This document shows, piece by piece, positions 13,308 through 24,630 of a stretch of 64,000 nt of DNA; the stretch's first letter is position 1; every line of letters starts with the position of its first letter. The notes under the pieces were generated by a model. The model ran no database searches and had not been told where the DNA came from. It worked only from the letters and a program-made list of their open reading frames with translations. Location: the NCBI GenBank assembly GCA_012026655.1, contig JAAILG010000861.1, forward strand, positions 1 through 64,000, read 5' to 3'. The DNA comes from Hydrolagus affinis (taxonomy: Eukaryota). A program made the translations under genes and the position numbers.

Positions 13308-13421
13308 ATCGATCAGCCTCTTATGGAACAAAAGACTCATACTAATGTACCTTGGATTGTGGAACCAGGGCAAGAATCGAAAAGGGTGGTGAACACTAAA
13401 TATGAGACCACAATATTCTAA
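13308..13421 (+). CDS. ANKS1B: ANKS1B terminal coding exon (IDQPLMEQKTHTNVPWIVEPGQESKRVVNTKYETTIF*)
   Basis: Acceptor attttcctttccag, phase 0, TAA at 13419-13421. Matches the known ANKS1B C-terminus PWIVEPGQE.KR..NTKYETTIF. Too short to appear in the ORF track. Confidence 0.95.
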   Translation: MDQPLMEQKTHTNVPWIVEPGQESKRVVNTKYETTIF

Positions 13422-15345
13422 GCGTTATGTCTCCTCTTCTGTCTGTGCCTTTGCACTTTTTTGAGCAATCACTGCAAGCAGCACATTTTTTCTCCTCTGG
13501 TGATGTCTAATCCAGTGGAGAGGAAAACTGCACTCGCTGAGTGACCTTACTGTCATCATTGCATGAAGCTGCTCGTTTCCTTTTTCATTCCTCCCACTGT
13601 AGCAACAGGAATGACACCGACACACGGCAACTGTCTCTTGACGCATCGAAAATCAGTCCATCAAACGGACCTAAGCTGATGCGGTTTAGAGAATTTACTC
13701 TCGGCGTAACACTTTTCTTCAACTTTGTCGAGGTCGTTTCAGCTTACGAATAAATCAGTGGACTAATTCTGAAGATCTCTTCTGCCCACGTGAAAACCTG
13801 AATGCTGCTAAAAGCAGCTTTTATCCCTTTTCAACTAACACTTTTTAACAGAAAAAAGCTGTAATTTATGTATTGCAGGCTTGGGATAATGATGGGAACG
13901 GCTGTGCTAATATCTTTCAATAACTGCTTCAGTTTTGAAATGACTGCTGCTCTGTTTTTGTGAGTTGCTGACTGCTTTAGGCAATATTGACTATTGTTTT
14001 ACTGGGAAAGTCACAATACATGCACATTTACTCAGAGCAATTTCTTCAGAGATTCCAGCCTTCATTTTAAAACTGATCTGCACTGAAAATAACGTATTTT
14101 TTTTCCTCCTTTGGCTAAGTGGTCCGGCAGTTTGTCAGATGCAGTTATTTAGTTTTCACATAAACAGTAGTCATTTAACATCTCATTCCTAAAATGTGAA
14201 AGAATGGAAAAATTGTTTTGAAAAATAGACAAGAAAAAACTGAAGAGCTTTGCACATATGAACCATAGATGCCATTTTTCGGTCTTATTTCCACACAGTG
14301 TTTATAGGTTGACAAGTGCTATATCAAATGCAAAGATTATTATTATTATTAGTGTTTCATAATGTACATCCGCTTATGTAAAAGTGAGGGGCAAAAGTAG
14401 TAAATTCTTTTTTTTAAGTGAAATTTATCTGCAGCTGAACCCCCCCACCCCACCACAGCCATTCTAACGCAGCCAATTACTGTGTTGATGAAGTTGCTCA
14501 TGGATTGGAGAAGTGTTAAATGCGCTATAAACCAGCAGCATCGCACTGCAGGTGAAAGTAGGCTGTGTTCAAGCAGTGAACTGGATACCTCAACAATCTA
14601 ACCGTGCTAGATGCAGAAGATAGATGGAAAGCGATGGCTGACTTAAAATATATCCACTGCACACGTAATTGGCAAATTTAAATGAAACTTGGCACAATTA
14701 ACACCTTCTATTCTGTAAAATACAAAGAGTTATATAGCAGTATCTTTCATTTCAGACTTATACTAAGTCTCAATTTCTTTCAAACCAATGCACACAACTT
14801 TTCTGAACTAAACCTGTGAAACCACAATCATCCAATTTACTACCTGGAGTAAACTAATCTTTATTGAAACACGAGAATGATTTTCTCAAGTTTGTTTGCA
14901 AAAAAAAACGTAGCAATGTAAAATCCTACAAAACCTTTTAAAACCACATTCAGATAAGAGTTTAACTGTGGTACACACAGGCAGCATTACAAAGGACGGT
15001 GATGAATATAGTTGTATTTCACCATTCCATTTAAGCAAAATCTTATTGTGAATCAATTTAATGTTTATTTTAGAATCCTTATTGAACTTGTGTAATAATG
15101 GTCTTAAGTTGTTTCAATGTTACATTATTTTTATATGATATAGAAACTAAGCTGGGCTTAATGATACTGGTCACCCAAATATAAAATAAGGGTTGACTAT
15201 TAGAGCTTGGGTTGTAATTGATAATCAAATGTATATTGTATGGTTGGACTGAATTTTAGTTCAATTCAGTGTTAATCTTTTAATACAGTATTACAGTACT
15301 TGAACAATACAGTTTCCTTGTATATATTTTGCCTATTTCACGGTT

Positions 15346-15351
15346 AATAAA
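15346..15351 (+). terminator. Candidate polyadenylation signal AATAAA
   Basis: AATAAA with TGTA elements upstream (15231, 15237, 15319) and GT/T-rich sequence downstream. Confidence 0.45.
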
Positions 15352-15521
15352 TGTATGTAGTAATTTGGCCGTTTTTAAAAAAAACATTGAACACATAGTA
15401 CCAACATGAAAATGTATGGGGATACAATAGTGGCCTCTCTGCAAATGATACTGTACATATGCTTGGGCTTCCAGTTACAGATTTTGTAATTTTTGCCATT
15501 ATTTATATCCTGCAAAAGCAC

Positions 15522-15531
15522 ATTAAATAAA
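15522..15531 (+). terminator. Candidate distal polyadenylation signal (overlapping ATTAAA/AATAAA)
   Basis: cATTAAATAAAc, with TGTA motifs upstream and T-rich sequence downstream. Confidence 0.45.
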
Positions 15532-16239
15532 CAGGATGTATAAAAATTAAGCGCTTTATACGTTAGTTTCACTGTCAACTTTTCTTGCAAGATTATCCCA
15601 TCCATCATAATGATTCGCCAACAGAGTTGCGAAGCAACCTATTTCTGAATTGGTCTTCAGTACTTTGATCAATTCTAATATAACACTATGAAATCATAGA
15701 GGCCTATTTCCAGAGATATATATATACACCTTGTGAATTATTCACCATTGCATTGCGTAATTATGTAGCTTTAGAAGTTTTAAAATCAATTATCTGTTGT
15801 TACAGGCCAAGTTGTCTATCATTCCAACTTGTGGGAAAATGGTTAACTCTTTTGGGAGCATGGTGCTGTATCACTGTCAGTACAGCCCTCGTTGATTCTG
15901 CAAGCCTTTGGTAAATGGTGATTGCCAGAAGACAACTTTTAACATAATGTTTTCCTCCGGGGGGAAAATAAATAAGACAGTGGTGAAATATCAACTTGAG
16001 ATTTTTCATCTTCCGAGGACCAACGCAATTATCCACACCAGTCCAAACAGCAATTCAAAAACATTTACAGTGATAATCCAAATGTTAACATAATCGGATC
16101 GAAACTCTTGTTCAAAGGACAAGTATACTGCTCAGATAAATTGCATGGCACATTAAACGAGAGAAATTTTGCAAACCTTAAAATGCAATGTTGCATCTTC
16201 TTGAAATAGCTATAAAGATGCAGGTTTTCCTGGTCTCCG

Positions 16240-16454
16240 TCCCCCTACCCCTTACCCTCTTTCTCCCCTAATCCCACTTCCACGGCAGTTTGTGGGACAC
16301 TGCTGTGCGCAATTTGGCTGCCGCGTTTCGCCCACAAATATACGGTCAATTCTCCTATTCTCCTTCCCCTCTCCCCCTCCCCCCTACTCTGGTCCCTACC
16401 TGACTGTTCAGAGCCTTGGGACGTCCTCCCGACGTGAAAGGCGCTATATAAATG

Positions 16455-16494
<40 letters not shown>

Positions 16495-16495
16495 C
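16240..16495 (+). mobile_element. Deu-domain/L2-tail retroposon with (GATT)n tail
   Basis: gtttgtgggacactgctgtgcgcaatttggctgccgcgtttcgcccacaaatatac, then the L2 end ccttgggacgtcctcccgacgtgaaaggcgctatataaat, then (GATT)n. Confidence 0.75.
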
Positions 16496-16900
16496 CAACT
16501 CTATTTTTCAAAGAAGCTGGACTTTTTACCCATGCCAACATTATTTTGCCTATTCACGGTTAATAAATGTATGTATTAACCCAAACTGGATGGCCATACA
16601 TTTAGTCATTGCCATAAGTCAACATTCAAGCCATCTGTATGTGTCATTTGACAAACTGTCTAAATGGTTCTGCTTGTGGACAGGGCACAGAATGGTTAAA
16701 TGTTGAATGAATAAGTGGCATTGGGATATCAGTTGCAACTATTTTATTCATTTGATTGTATGCAAGAGAAAAGTGCTTTATTCATGCATATCTGATGAAT
16801 AACTAGAATCCTGACATGTATGCTTCTAATAAGCAGAATATCATTTGCATAAATAACAGCATTGAAAATGTGATCCCAAATTTAGATCTCTCTCACTCAC

Positions 16901-16924
16901 CACACACACACACACACACACACA
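16901..16924. repeat. (CA)n microsatellite
   Basis: Seen directly. Confidence 0.95.
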
Positions 16925-17229
16925 GAGTGTATTGCAAAGACCCTTTAATGCCATTTTACTATGCTCAACAATTCTTTAATCATTTTCATCACACATAACA
17001 AATATATGAATGAAAAAGTGGATTATTTCCAGCTGGAAGACTTGCTCCTGGTAATGTTAGGATGAATATTCTGAATTTCTCTCTCCTATACTTATTCTCA
17101 AGCAAAGTGTGAATAACAAAGCTGGAAAGAGTGAAACTCTGAACACTGAAACTCAGGTTTGTTATTTGAGAAAGAGATTCCTCAATCCAATTGCCCAATG
17201 CCTTCTAGTATCTTTCTTCTAGTATCTAT

Positions 17230-17479
17230 TTTTCGCCCACAAATATACGGTCGGATTTCCTGCTCTCCTTCCCCCTACCCCGACCCCTCCCCTTGCCATC
17301 TTGGCTGCCGCGTTTCGCCCACAAATATACAGTCAATTTTCCTACTCTTCTTCATCCTGCCCCGACCCCCCCCCCCCACCCTCCATCCCCGGTCTTGTCC
17401 CTACCTAACTGTACAGCGCCTTGGGATGTCCTCTCGACGTGAAAGCACTATACAAATGTAAGTTTTGATTGATTGATTT
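17230..17479 (+). mobile_element. Deu-domain/L2-tail retroposon, second copy
   Basis: Two tttcgcccacaaatatac.gtc blocks separated by a C-rich spacer, then an L2 end and (GATT)n. Confidence 0.7.
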
Positions 17480-17994
17480 CTTGATGTTTAACAATAACTA
17501 GCATATCGCACTTTACATACAATAATGTTTTGAGTGCTTCACAAGGCTGGCGTTGAGGGCTGAGCAAAGGAAAGAAGGAGACAACTAATGGGAGGCAAAC
17601 AAGGGTGTTTGAAAAGGCAAGACTTCAGATTGAGATGGTGTGAAGCTGCAGGCGTTCCAGAGGTTAAGGGTGTAGCAGTTAAACCATTTGCCAGTAATGG
17701 TAGCCTACGTTTTATGCTTTAATAAATTGCTTTAATAAATGTATTGGGGACCAAGAAATGTTGATCCTTAAACTAGCTATTGACGGACTGGATATTCATT
17801 CTATGTCTTCAAGTCAGGAATCAAAGTGAACACACGAAGAAACAAGTTCTGCACCTGGAAAGCCCTGAATTCATTTATCTTGAGATCCAACAACAGAAAC
17901 AACAGAAAACTAAGAACCTGGAAATTTAAAATATCCCACTGAGAAATACGCTCTTGAAATGCAAAGATCTATAATGAACAATAAATCAATTATT

Positions 17995-18447
17995 GATAAT
18001 CAATAATGATCTTTGCATTTGCTATAGTTCCTTTCATACCAGAAGGACAACTCTTCACAGGATTTACTGTAAAACCATGTAGTTTGTGGGTAACCGTAGA
18101 ACCATGTAATTTGCAGGCAAACGCAGCAGCCAATTTTACATACAGCAGTGTCCCAGAAATAGATATAAGATGAATCACCAAATTTTATTTGGCCGATTGT
18201 TGGTCTGAGCACCGGGAGAAATTTCCTTCTCTATTCGAGGAGTGTCCCGGGACTTTTAACGTCCACCTCAACAGGCAGACAGGACCTCCCTCAGTTTTAA
18301 CATATCTGAAGGAAAGTTATCTCCACTGCAACAGTGCAGTCCCCTCACTGCATTGGAGTGTCAGTCTAGACTCAGTTCAAAGTCCTAAATGGGGTTGAAT
18401 GCGCAGACTGCTGACTCAGAAGCAAGACTGCTACCAACTGAGTCAGC
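17995..18447 (-). mobile_element. Older tRNA-derived DeuSINE (SacSINE1/AmnSINE-like)
   Basis: Reverse-strand relative of the 11155 element: gcagccaattttacatacagcagtgtccca, gggacttttaacgtccacct, ctgactcagaagcaagactgctaccaactgag. Confidence 0.75.
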
Positions 18448-18689
18448 CAAGCTTAACGAATAAATTAAACGTTCCATACAGCTGTTTGCAATCAACTAAT
18501 TGATTTAGTGAAGTTTAAATGAATTCAACAGGTCTCCTACAAATGAAACTAAAACCCTTATGACTGTATCAATTAAAAATTCATAGTATTGTAGTACGAA
18601 TAAAATGAGTACTTTTGTCTTCAGGCCAGAGGAAGAGTGAACCAAGACAACCTGCCAAATTATTTGAGGCAGAGGACTTGACAGCTGTT

Positions 18690-18860
18690 TTGAGGCCAAT
18701 GCGCACTGAGTGGATGGAACAGGTAGGCTGGTAAGGTTTCAGTAGGTCGCAGAGGTAGGGAGGAGCAAGAAAATGGAGGCTTTAAAGGTGAGGACAAGGA
18801 TCTGAAACTCACTCCTCTGGGGGGATAGGGAGTAATTGAAGTCTTGTAAGAATGGGGGTG
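18690..18860 (-). mobile_element. L2 LINE fragment
   Basis: Minus-strand translation ..QRSEFQILVLTFKA.., the L2 ORF2 C-terminal block. Confidence 0.65.
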
Positions 18861-18881
18861 ATCGGTTCACGAAACTTATTA

Positions 18882-19190
18882 ATAAAAAATCCTTGCATTT
18901 GATGTAGCGCCTTATCACATTGTTGAGACATCTCAAAGCGCTTCACAGGATATATTGTCAAGTGGATTGACTACTTCATGGCAAAATGGGGCAGACAATT
19001 GCGCACAGCAGAGTCCTACAAACAGTCGTGGATTGAAGGACAAATTTATCTTAGGTAATTTACCTCCAGAAAGCGATCCGCCAATCAACTAACAACCAGG
19101 TTCCTACTTGCTGCTAGACAGTGTGTGGAGTAAGGAAAGTTGCCTAAGGTTTCACCCTGCCAGGGATTTGAATCGGGATCCTCTTGCGAG
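18882..19190 (-). mobile_element. tRNA-derived SINE, long (CORE-like + Deu) variant
   Basis: Same tail and Deu block as the other copies, plus an extra internal segment gatccgccaatc.actaacaaccaggttccta shared with 21073-21300. Confidence 0.75.
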
Positions 19191-19384
19191 ATGATAAAGA
19201 TTGCATTATAAACCATACTCATATCTTCATCTCCCTGAGCCTTCCACGATGGGAGTCTTCTCCACACTCCCCAGTAACTCATTGGTTCAGGAAGCATGTC
19301 TGCAGCCAAGGAAGCCTCTGTTTGCAGAGAGAGGCGGGTGGGCACGGAGTGGGGAGGTCGGCATCTGGAACACATGATGGTTGA

Positions 19385-19980
19385 TGGAGCCGCCCTTCCT
19401 CGCATCTAGTCCTGGGGAATGAAGTGGACCAAGTAGAGCAGGTTTCAGTTGGAGAACATCTAGACAACAGTGATCACAACATCATTAGGTTCAGAGTACT
19501 TGGAGAAAGGTACAAGGAACAATCAAAGGTGAAGATACTCAACCGGAAGAGGGCTAATTCCAGCAAGTTAAAAGAGACCTCGCCAAGGTGGACTGGAAAG
19601 AGAGATTGGCAGGTAAAACAGCTAACAAGCAACGGGAAGGCTCCATGGAGGAGATTCCCACAAGTCACCAAAGGGGAAAGAGTAGGGAATCCAAACCTCC
19701 CTGGATGACTAAGGAAATTGGGATTAAAATAAAACAGAAAAAGGAGATTTATGATAACGATCAAGTCCAAAATACAGAAGATAAACAAATAGAAATATAA
19801 AAAGTACAGAGGAGAACTGAAAATGGAAGTAAGAAGGGCAAAGAGATTATATAAGAAAAGATTAGTTTTAAAACATGAAAGAGAACCCCAAGGTATTTTA
19901 TGCATATAAAGAATAAAGTATTAGTCAAAGGTATGGTGGGTCCAATTAGAGATTAAAGAGAAAATCTTCTGGAGGCAGGG
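19385..19980 (+). mobile_element. CR1 LINE ORF2 fragment (endonuclease C-terminus and linker)
   Basis: LVLGNEVDQVEQVSVGEHLDNSDHNIIRF (SDH motif), PPWMTKEI, KENPKVFYAYI-like blocks; frameshifted. Confidence 0.9.
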
Positions 19981-21072
19981 CTCAACACTGAATGTATTGA
20001 AGGAAATAGGGTTATAGATGAAAGTAAACACTAGGGTTGTGAACTGATAAGTGAATTTCAGTGAAATGGACAGTTTTTGTGGGGCAGTGGGGGTGGTGTG
20101 GGGTAGAACATTTTGGGGGTGTCTGGGGTGCCTATTGGAAAGGTTGAAATTTGGTTGAATGCATCACTTTGAAATTTTGTCTTTAGACTAATTAGAAAGA
20201 AAACTAGTCACAAGCTCATCCGCTGAAGAGGGAAGGTGAAACACATCTTGCATTTTAATTACTTGCCACAAAGAGTGAGAGAATGTGGAGTGAGCTATCC
20301 AGGGAGGAATGTTGTCATCAAACAAGAGGTTAGAAAGTTATTTGGCAAACACATCACTTGAGGGGTAGGAGAGGTAGAATATGTATGCATTTATATTTGT
20401 ACTTGATTTATATGGGGATATATCAGCGCTTCTCAGGTTTGTCCTACAATGCATATCACAAAACATCAGAGCTAAAGACGGATTATGTAAAAATGTTCAA
20501 TTCACTTTCGATGCCAGCGATCCAGCACAATGGTACTTACTTCGATGAAACAGACGGTTTTTGAGATGTTAGTTGCCATCGTTTGATTGATTCACTGCAT
20601 TCCATGGAGTCCAAAAGTCACAATATTTGATCTTAGAGGAGATAGTGCATCTGTCAAAACAGTCACATAGTGAACGCAGGGCAATTAGATACCGTGACTG
20701 TGCCTTTTTGATGTATTGAAAGGAAATTTACCATTTTCAAACATTTTAGTGCCATAATAATTCTGGAATCTGAAATTTTATTTCTATTTCTGCGATCCAA
20801 GTGGTTCAAAATAAGAGCCAGCAAATGTTTATTGCATTATCTGATGTATTAAGAAATGCTGCATGTCATTTGAGCAGAGGTGTGTTTCTAAAGTCACAGA
20901 ATAAATGATCAATATCCAGAAATGGACACTCCGAGCTCCTAGTTATTGTGAGTGAATTTAAAATCCAGATTGAATGATCCTTTGAATTTGATTTCTCTCA
21001 ATGGGGAGAGAGAGATTGCCTTGATCTTAGCAAGGTTGTTAAATAAAACGTTTGCTCCTGGTGTGGCATGTT

Positions 21073-21300
21073 AATAATAATAATAATAATCCTTGCACTT
21101 GATATAGCGCCTTATCACATCTTCGAAAAGTCTCAAAGAATTTCACAGATTATACTCTAAAGTGAATTGAATGTATATCTTGTGGGTGAAACACAGCAGT
21201 GTCCCAACAATTTTTTTTACTACCTACCCCCGGAAAAGAGATCCGCCAATCGACTAACAACCAGGTTCCTATTTACTGCTGGGTAAAGAGAGGAACGGAG
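21073..21300 (-). mobile_element. tRNA-derived SINE, long variant, head missing
   Basis: (AAT)n tail, L2-like end and a CORE-like segment (reverse complement cctctctttacccagcagtaaataggaacc). Confidence 0.7.
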
Positions 21301-21536
21301 AAAGCCCAGTTACTGTCAAGTCATCTACGACACAGAAACCCACGTTGAGACATAATATAACCAGAGCAGCACCTACATATTCTAGATCTCTTGTTATAAA
21401 TGCCAGCTTCCCATTTGCCTTATTGACTGCTTTCTGCAACTAACCAGGTTTTTTAACCAAGGTTTAACCATCCTTGTGCTTCCCCATCTGTTTGGAAAAA
21501 AATACATCTATAAACCAAATATAATAATTTAATAAT

Positions 21537-21839
21537 TTAATAATAATATTCCTGGCGTTTGATATAACACTTCACGTCTTCTAGACGTCTCAAAGCGCTT
21601 CACAGAATATACCGTAAAGTGAATTGACTGTATATATGTGGCTGACACGCAGCAGCCAATTGTGCACAGCAGTGTCCCACAAACAGTCATGAATTGAAGT
21701 GATCAATTTATTATTGTTTTGTTTTCTTGAGGGTTTATTGTCAGGTTTGTTAACCTTGCCCAAAGTTTCGCCTGCTGGGAATTGAACCCAGGTCTCTCGC
21801 TTGCAAGGCGAGTGATCTAACCACTGGCTACAGGACTCC
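21537..21839 (-). mobile_element. Near full-length tRNA-derived DeuSINE
   Basis: Minus-strand head GGAGTCCTGTAGCCAGTGGTTAG...GGGTTCAATTCC (A and B boxes), Deu block, L2-like tail. Confidence 0.9.
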
Positions 21840-22122
21840 AGAAGTTTCCATTTGTGTTTTAATTTCTAAAATATTGAACATCTATACCCCAGAGAAACAA
21901 CATTTTCAAAAATGTTTCAGGTGAGTCCATTTTTAAATGATATTCCACTTGATTTGAATCTCCATGTGCACAAACATATGATTAGAACAATTCTATCAAA
22001 TCTAAAATATGTTGGATCCTTCCCCGAAAAGTTTACTTAAAATGTCATAAATATCATGTCTGTACAAAGAACATGTTCTGCTTAATTTCACAGAGAATGG
22101 ATAGTACAAATTGACAAATTAA

Positions 22123-22380
22123 TAGTAATAATTCTTGAATTTGATAAAGCGCTTTTCATGTCTTCTAAACGTCTCAATTCACTGTAAAGTGAATTGACCG
22201 TATATTTGTGGGTGAAACGCGGCAGCCAATTTCGTGGATTGAAATGACCAATTTTATTTTTGTGGTTTTTTTGGAGGGATTATTATCAGGCGTGTATGTG
22301 TGTGTGGAGTAAGGAAGCTTACCCAAGGTTTCTCCCTGACCTGCCTGGATTCAAACACAGGTCTCACACTTGGAAGGCAA
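22123..22380 (-). mobile_element. tRNA-derived DeuSINE
   Basis: Homologous to 21537-21839; head truncated. Confidence 0.85.
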
Positions 22381-22603
22381 GTTAATTGGAAGTAAATATT
22401 TAGTTAATTGGAACTAAATATATAGTTCCCACCAATGCTCTCAGCTATGAATGACATACCAATGCAATGCTGGGGATGCACTGAGTTACCAAATGTGCCA
22501 TCCTTCTGATTCAATAAACCAATGTCCAGTCATTTAGATGAAGGTTAAAGATCCCACGGCACTTCAAAAAGGGAGTATAACCCATCAAATAAAAGTGATC
22601 ATT

Positions 22604-22754
22604 CAGTCGTGGATTGAAATAACCAATTTATTATTATTTTTCTTCTTGAGGGATTATTATCGGACGTGTGGAGTAAGGTTTTGCCCTGCCTGGAATCAAA
22701 CCCAGGTCTCTCACTTGTAAGGCGAGTGTTCTAACCATTGAGCTACGCGACTCC
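22604..22754 (-). mobile_element. tRNA-derived DeuSINE, 5' half
   Basis: Head GGAGTCGCGTAGCTCAATGGTTAGAACACTCGCCTTACAAG on the minus strand. Confidence 0.85.
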
Positions 22755-23032
22755 AAATAACTGATCGCTCCGAGTATAGTTTCAGACCATAAATATTCTA
22801 GATTTACACCTCATTTCAATGGTTAAATTCCTCAACCAAGACAGACCAGACACCGCAGCTATTTTCAGTTTTCTATAAAAGCAATTCTGCTGAAATAATC
22901 CCAATAAACAACTGTTTAAAGTTTGTTCTTCACATACCTGCTGAGACAGCACTGAAAGACATCCCGAAATACTATACTAAGCAGTTTCCTCTCCAGCTGC
23001 ACAGGAATGTGAAAGGAATACCAGTGTGTATG

Positions 23033-23074
23033 TGTATATTATGTATATATATATATATATATGTATATATATGT
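23033..23074. repeat. (TA)n microsatellite, imperfect
   Basis: Seen directly. Confidence 0.9.
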
Positions 23075-23079
23075 ACTCA

Positions 23080-23370
23080 CTAGCTTTACTAGCCATGGAA
23101 TGTAGATTGACACAGACAAACACACAGACAGACACAGAGACAGCCACAAAAACAGACAGACACACAGACAGACATTTCGTCTTTATTACGTATCCGGGAG
23201 GACTCCTGTGGGAGGACTCGGCGGCCACCAGGTGCAACTACAGCCCAAAACGCAACATGGAAAATAGCTCATGAACGATAGGAGATATCTGAAAACAAAT
23301 ATGCCCAGGTCACTCGGAGCTGCGAGACCTTTACGATGAGGTATAAATCATGTCTCTGTCAATGAATTAT
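23080..23370 (-). mobile_element. Helitron-like non-autonomous remnant(s)
   Basis: (GACA)n-like tract followed by tttcgtctttatta; CTAG|T at 23083-23079 on the minus strand; blocks atagctcat.aa.gataggagat and gaggtataaatcat shared with 51360-51520. Confidence 0.45.
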
Positions 23371-23538
23371 TGAGATCCTTTTTGAAGCCTAGCCAGAACC
23401 TTGCTCATTGGTATGGCTTGGAAGGTCAGACTAGATACTTTGGAAATTTTGGATTCTTTCCCTCAACTCCCTCTATACATCAAAGCCCTAATTGTTTACC
23501 AAATAGTGCTCCCAGCTGCATAGTTGCCAAGTTATATA

Positions 23539-23753
23539 CAGTAAAAGCCCGTTCATCCATGACCCGATCAACCATAACTTCCGTATAAGCAGCACCTCAA
23601 AAAAAAGGTGCGCATTCGATTAACCGGAAGTTATCCGGCACAATGCATTATTTAAAAAATAATAATAATTGGGTGTTTTTGGCTGAATATCCTCTATGCG
23701 CTTTAACCGGCATTGGCCAAGTCCCGAGAGTGCCAGACAATGGGCTTTTACTG
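23539..23753. mobile_element. Tigger/pogo-like MITE (~215 bp)
   Basis: TA|CAGTAAAAGCCC ... GGGCTTTTACTG|TA: perfect 12 bp TIRs with a TA target duplication. Confidence 0.85.
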
Positions 23754-23974
23754 TAGTTTTAGCTGGTTAAACTCCAGCGGCACACATTTTTAGACATCCC
23801 CCTACCCCCACAGTTTTGACTCTTGCAAATCTGCAGCTAATATTTTCTGGAATTAATAAAGTGGTTGCATCCCTCTAGAAAGCATTACATTACAGACAGC
23901 AAGGAATCAGTTTAAAAGACTTGTTCAGTTATTATCATTCTGTCTGCTGTTCAGTTAAGTATTTGTACCTAGTA

Positions 23975-24172
23975 CTTTCACGTTTTCTTGACGTCTCAAA
24001 GCGCTTCACAGAATATACCGTAAAATGAATTGTCTGTATATATGTGGACGACACACATCAGCCAGTTGTGCACGGCAGTGTCCCACAAACAGTTGTGGAT
24101 TGAAATGACCAATTTTTTTGTTGAGGGATTATTATTAGGGGTGTGGAGTATGGAAACTTGCTCACGGTTTCC
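23975..24172 (-). mobile_element. tRNA-derived DeuSINE, middle part
   Basis: ctcaaagcgcttcacagaatata...cagccagttgtgcacggcagtgtcccacaaacag...gagggattattattagg. Confidence 0.8.
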
Positions 24173-24630
24173 TTGGTGCTTGTTGACCTTCCAACTCTTC
24201 TCTCTCCAGAAGCTGCAGATCACCCATAACCATGTGGTAAGTTAAGATGTTTAAGCATCTTAAACTGCACCGGTCTCCCACCAGGCTCCACTGGCTCCCC
24301 ATTCCCCAGGGGATAGAATTCAAAATCCTAGACCTCGCCTTCAAGGCCTTGCTACTTCCTGCCTCTTTGGCCTGCTAACCCTATGTCAACCTGGGGCCTT
24401 CAGCCTCTCTGCCCCCACACTTCGGAACTCCATCCCACAGTCCCTTTGCCTTGCTCCCTCCCTTCCCTTCTTCAAGGCACATCTCAAAACCTTCCTCTTC
24501 AACCACACCTATGGTCAAGCTCCTTCCTACATGTGCCCTCCGCCCACTTCCGCCACCTATCCAACTCCACTGCTTTGGAACGCTCTCCTGACATGAAAGG
24601 AGATATCCAAATGTGATTTGTAATTGTGAC
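24173..24630 (+). mobile_element. L2 LINE 3' fragment
   Basis: LHWLPIPQGIEFKILDLAFKAL block, GAFSLSAP block, L2 tail. Confidence 0.8.

Larger units (their letters stand above)
13422..15560 (+). other. ANKS1B: Probable ANKS1B 3'UTR
   Basis: Nearly repeat-free AT-rich stretch after the stop codon, with AATAAA at 13749, 15346 and 15526 and ATTAAA at 15522. The true end point is unknown. Confidence 0.6.

Noticed and set aside
21770-21839. tRNA-like sequences with A and B boxes (many copies)
   Set aside because: They are SINE heads attached to Deu bodies and L2-like tails, without an intact acceptor stem; not tRNA genes.
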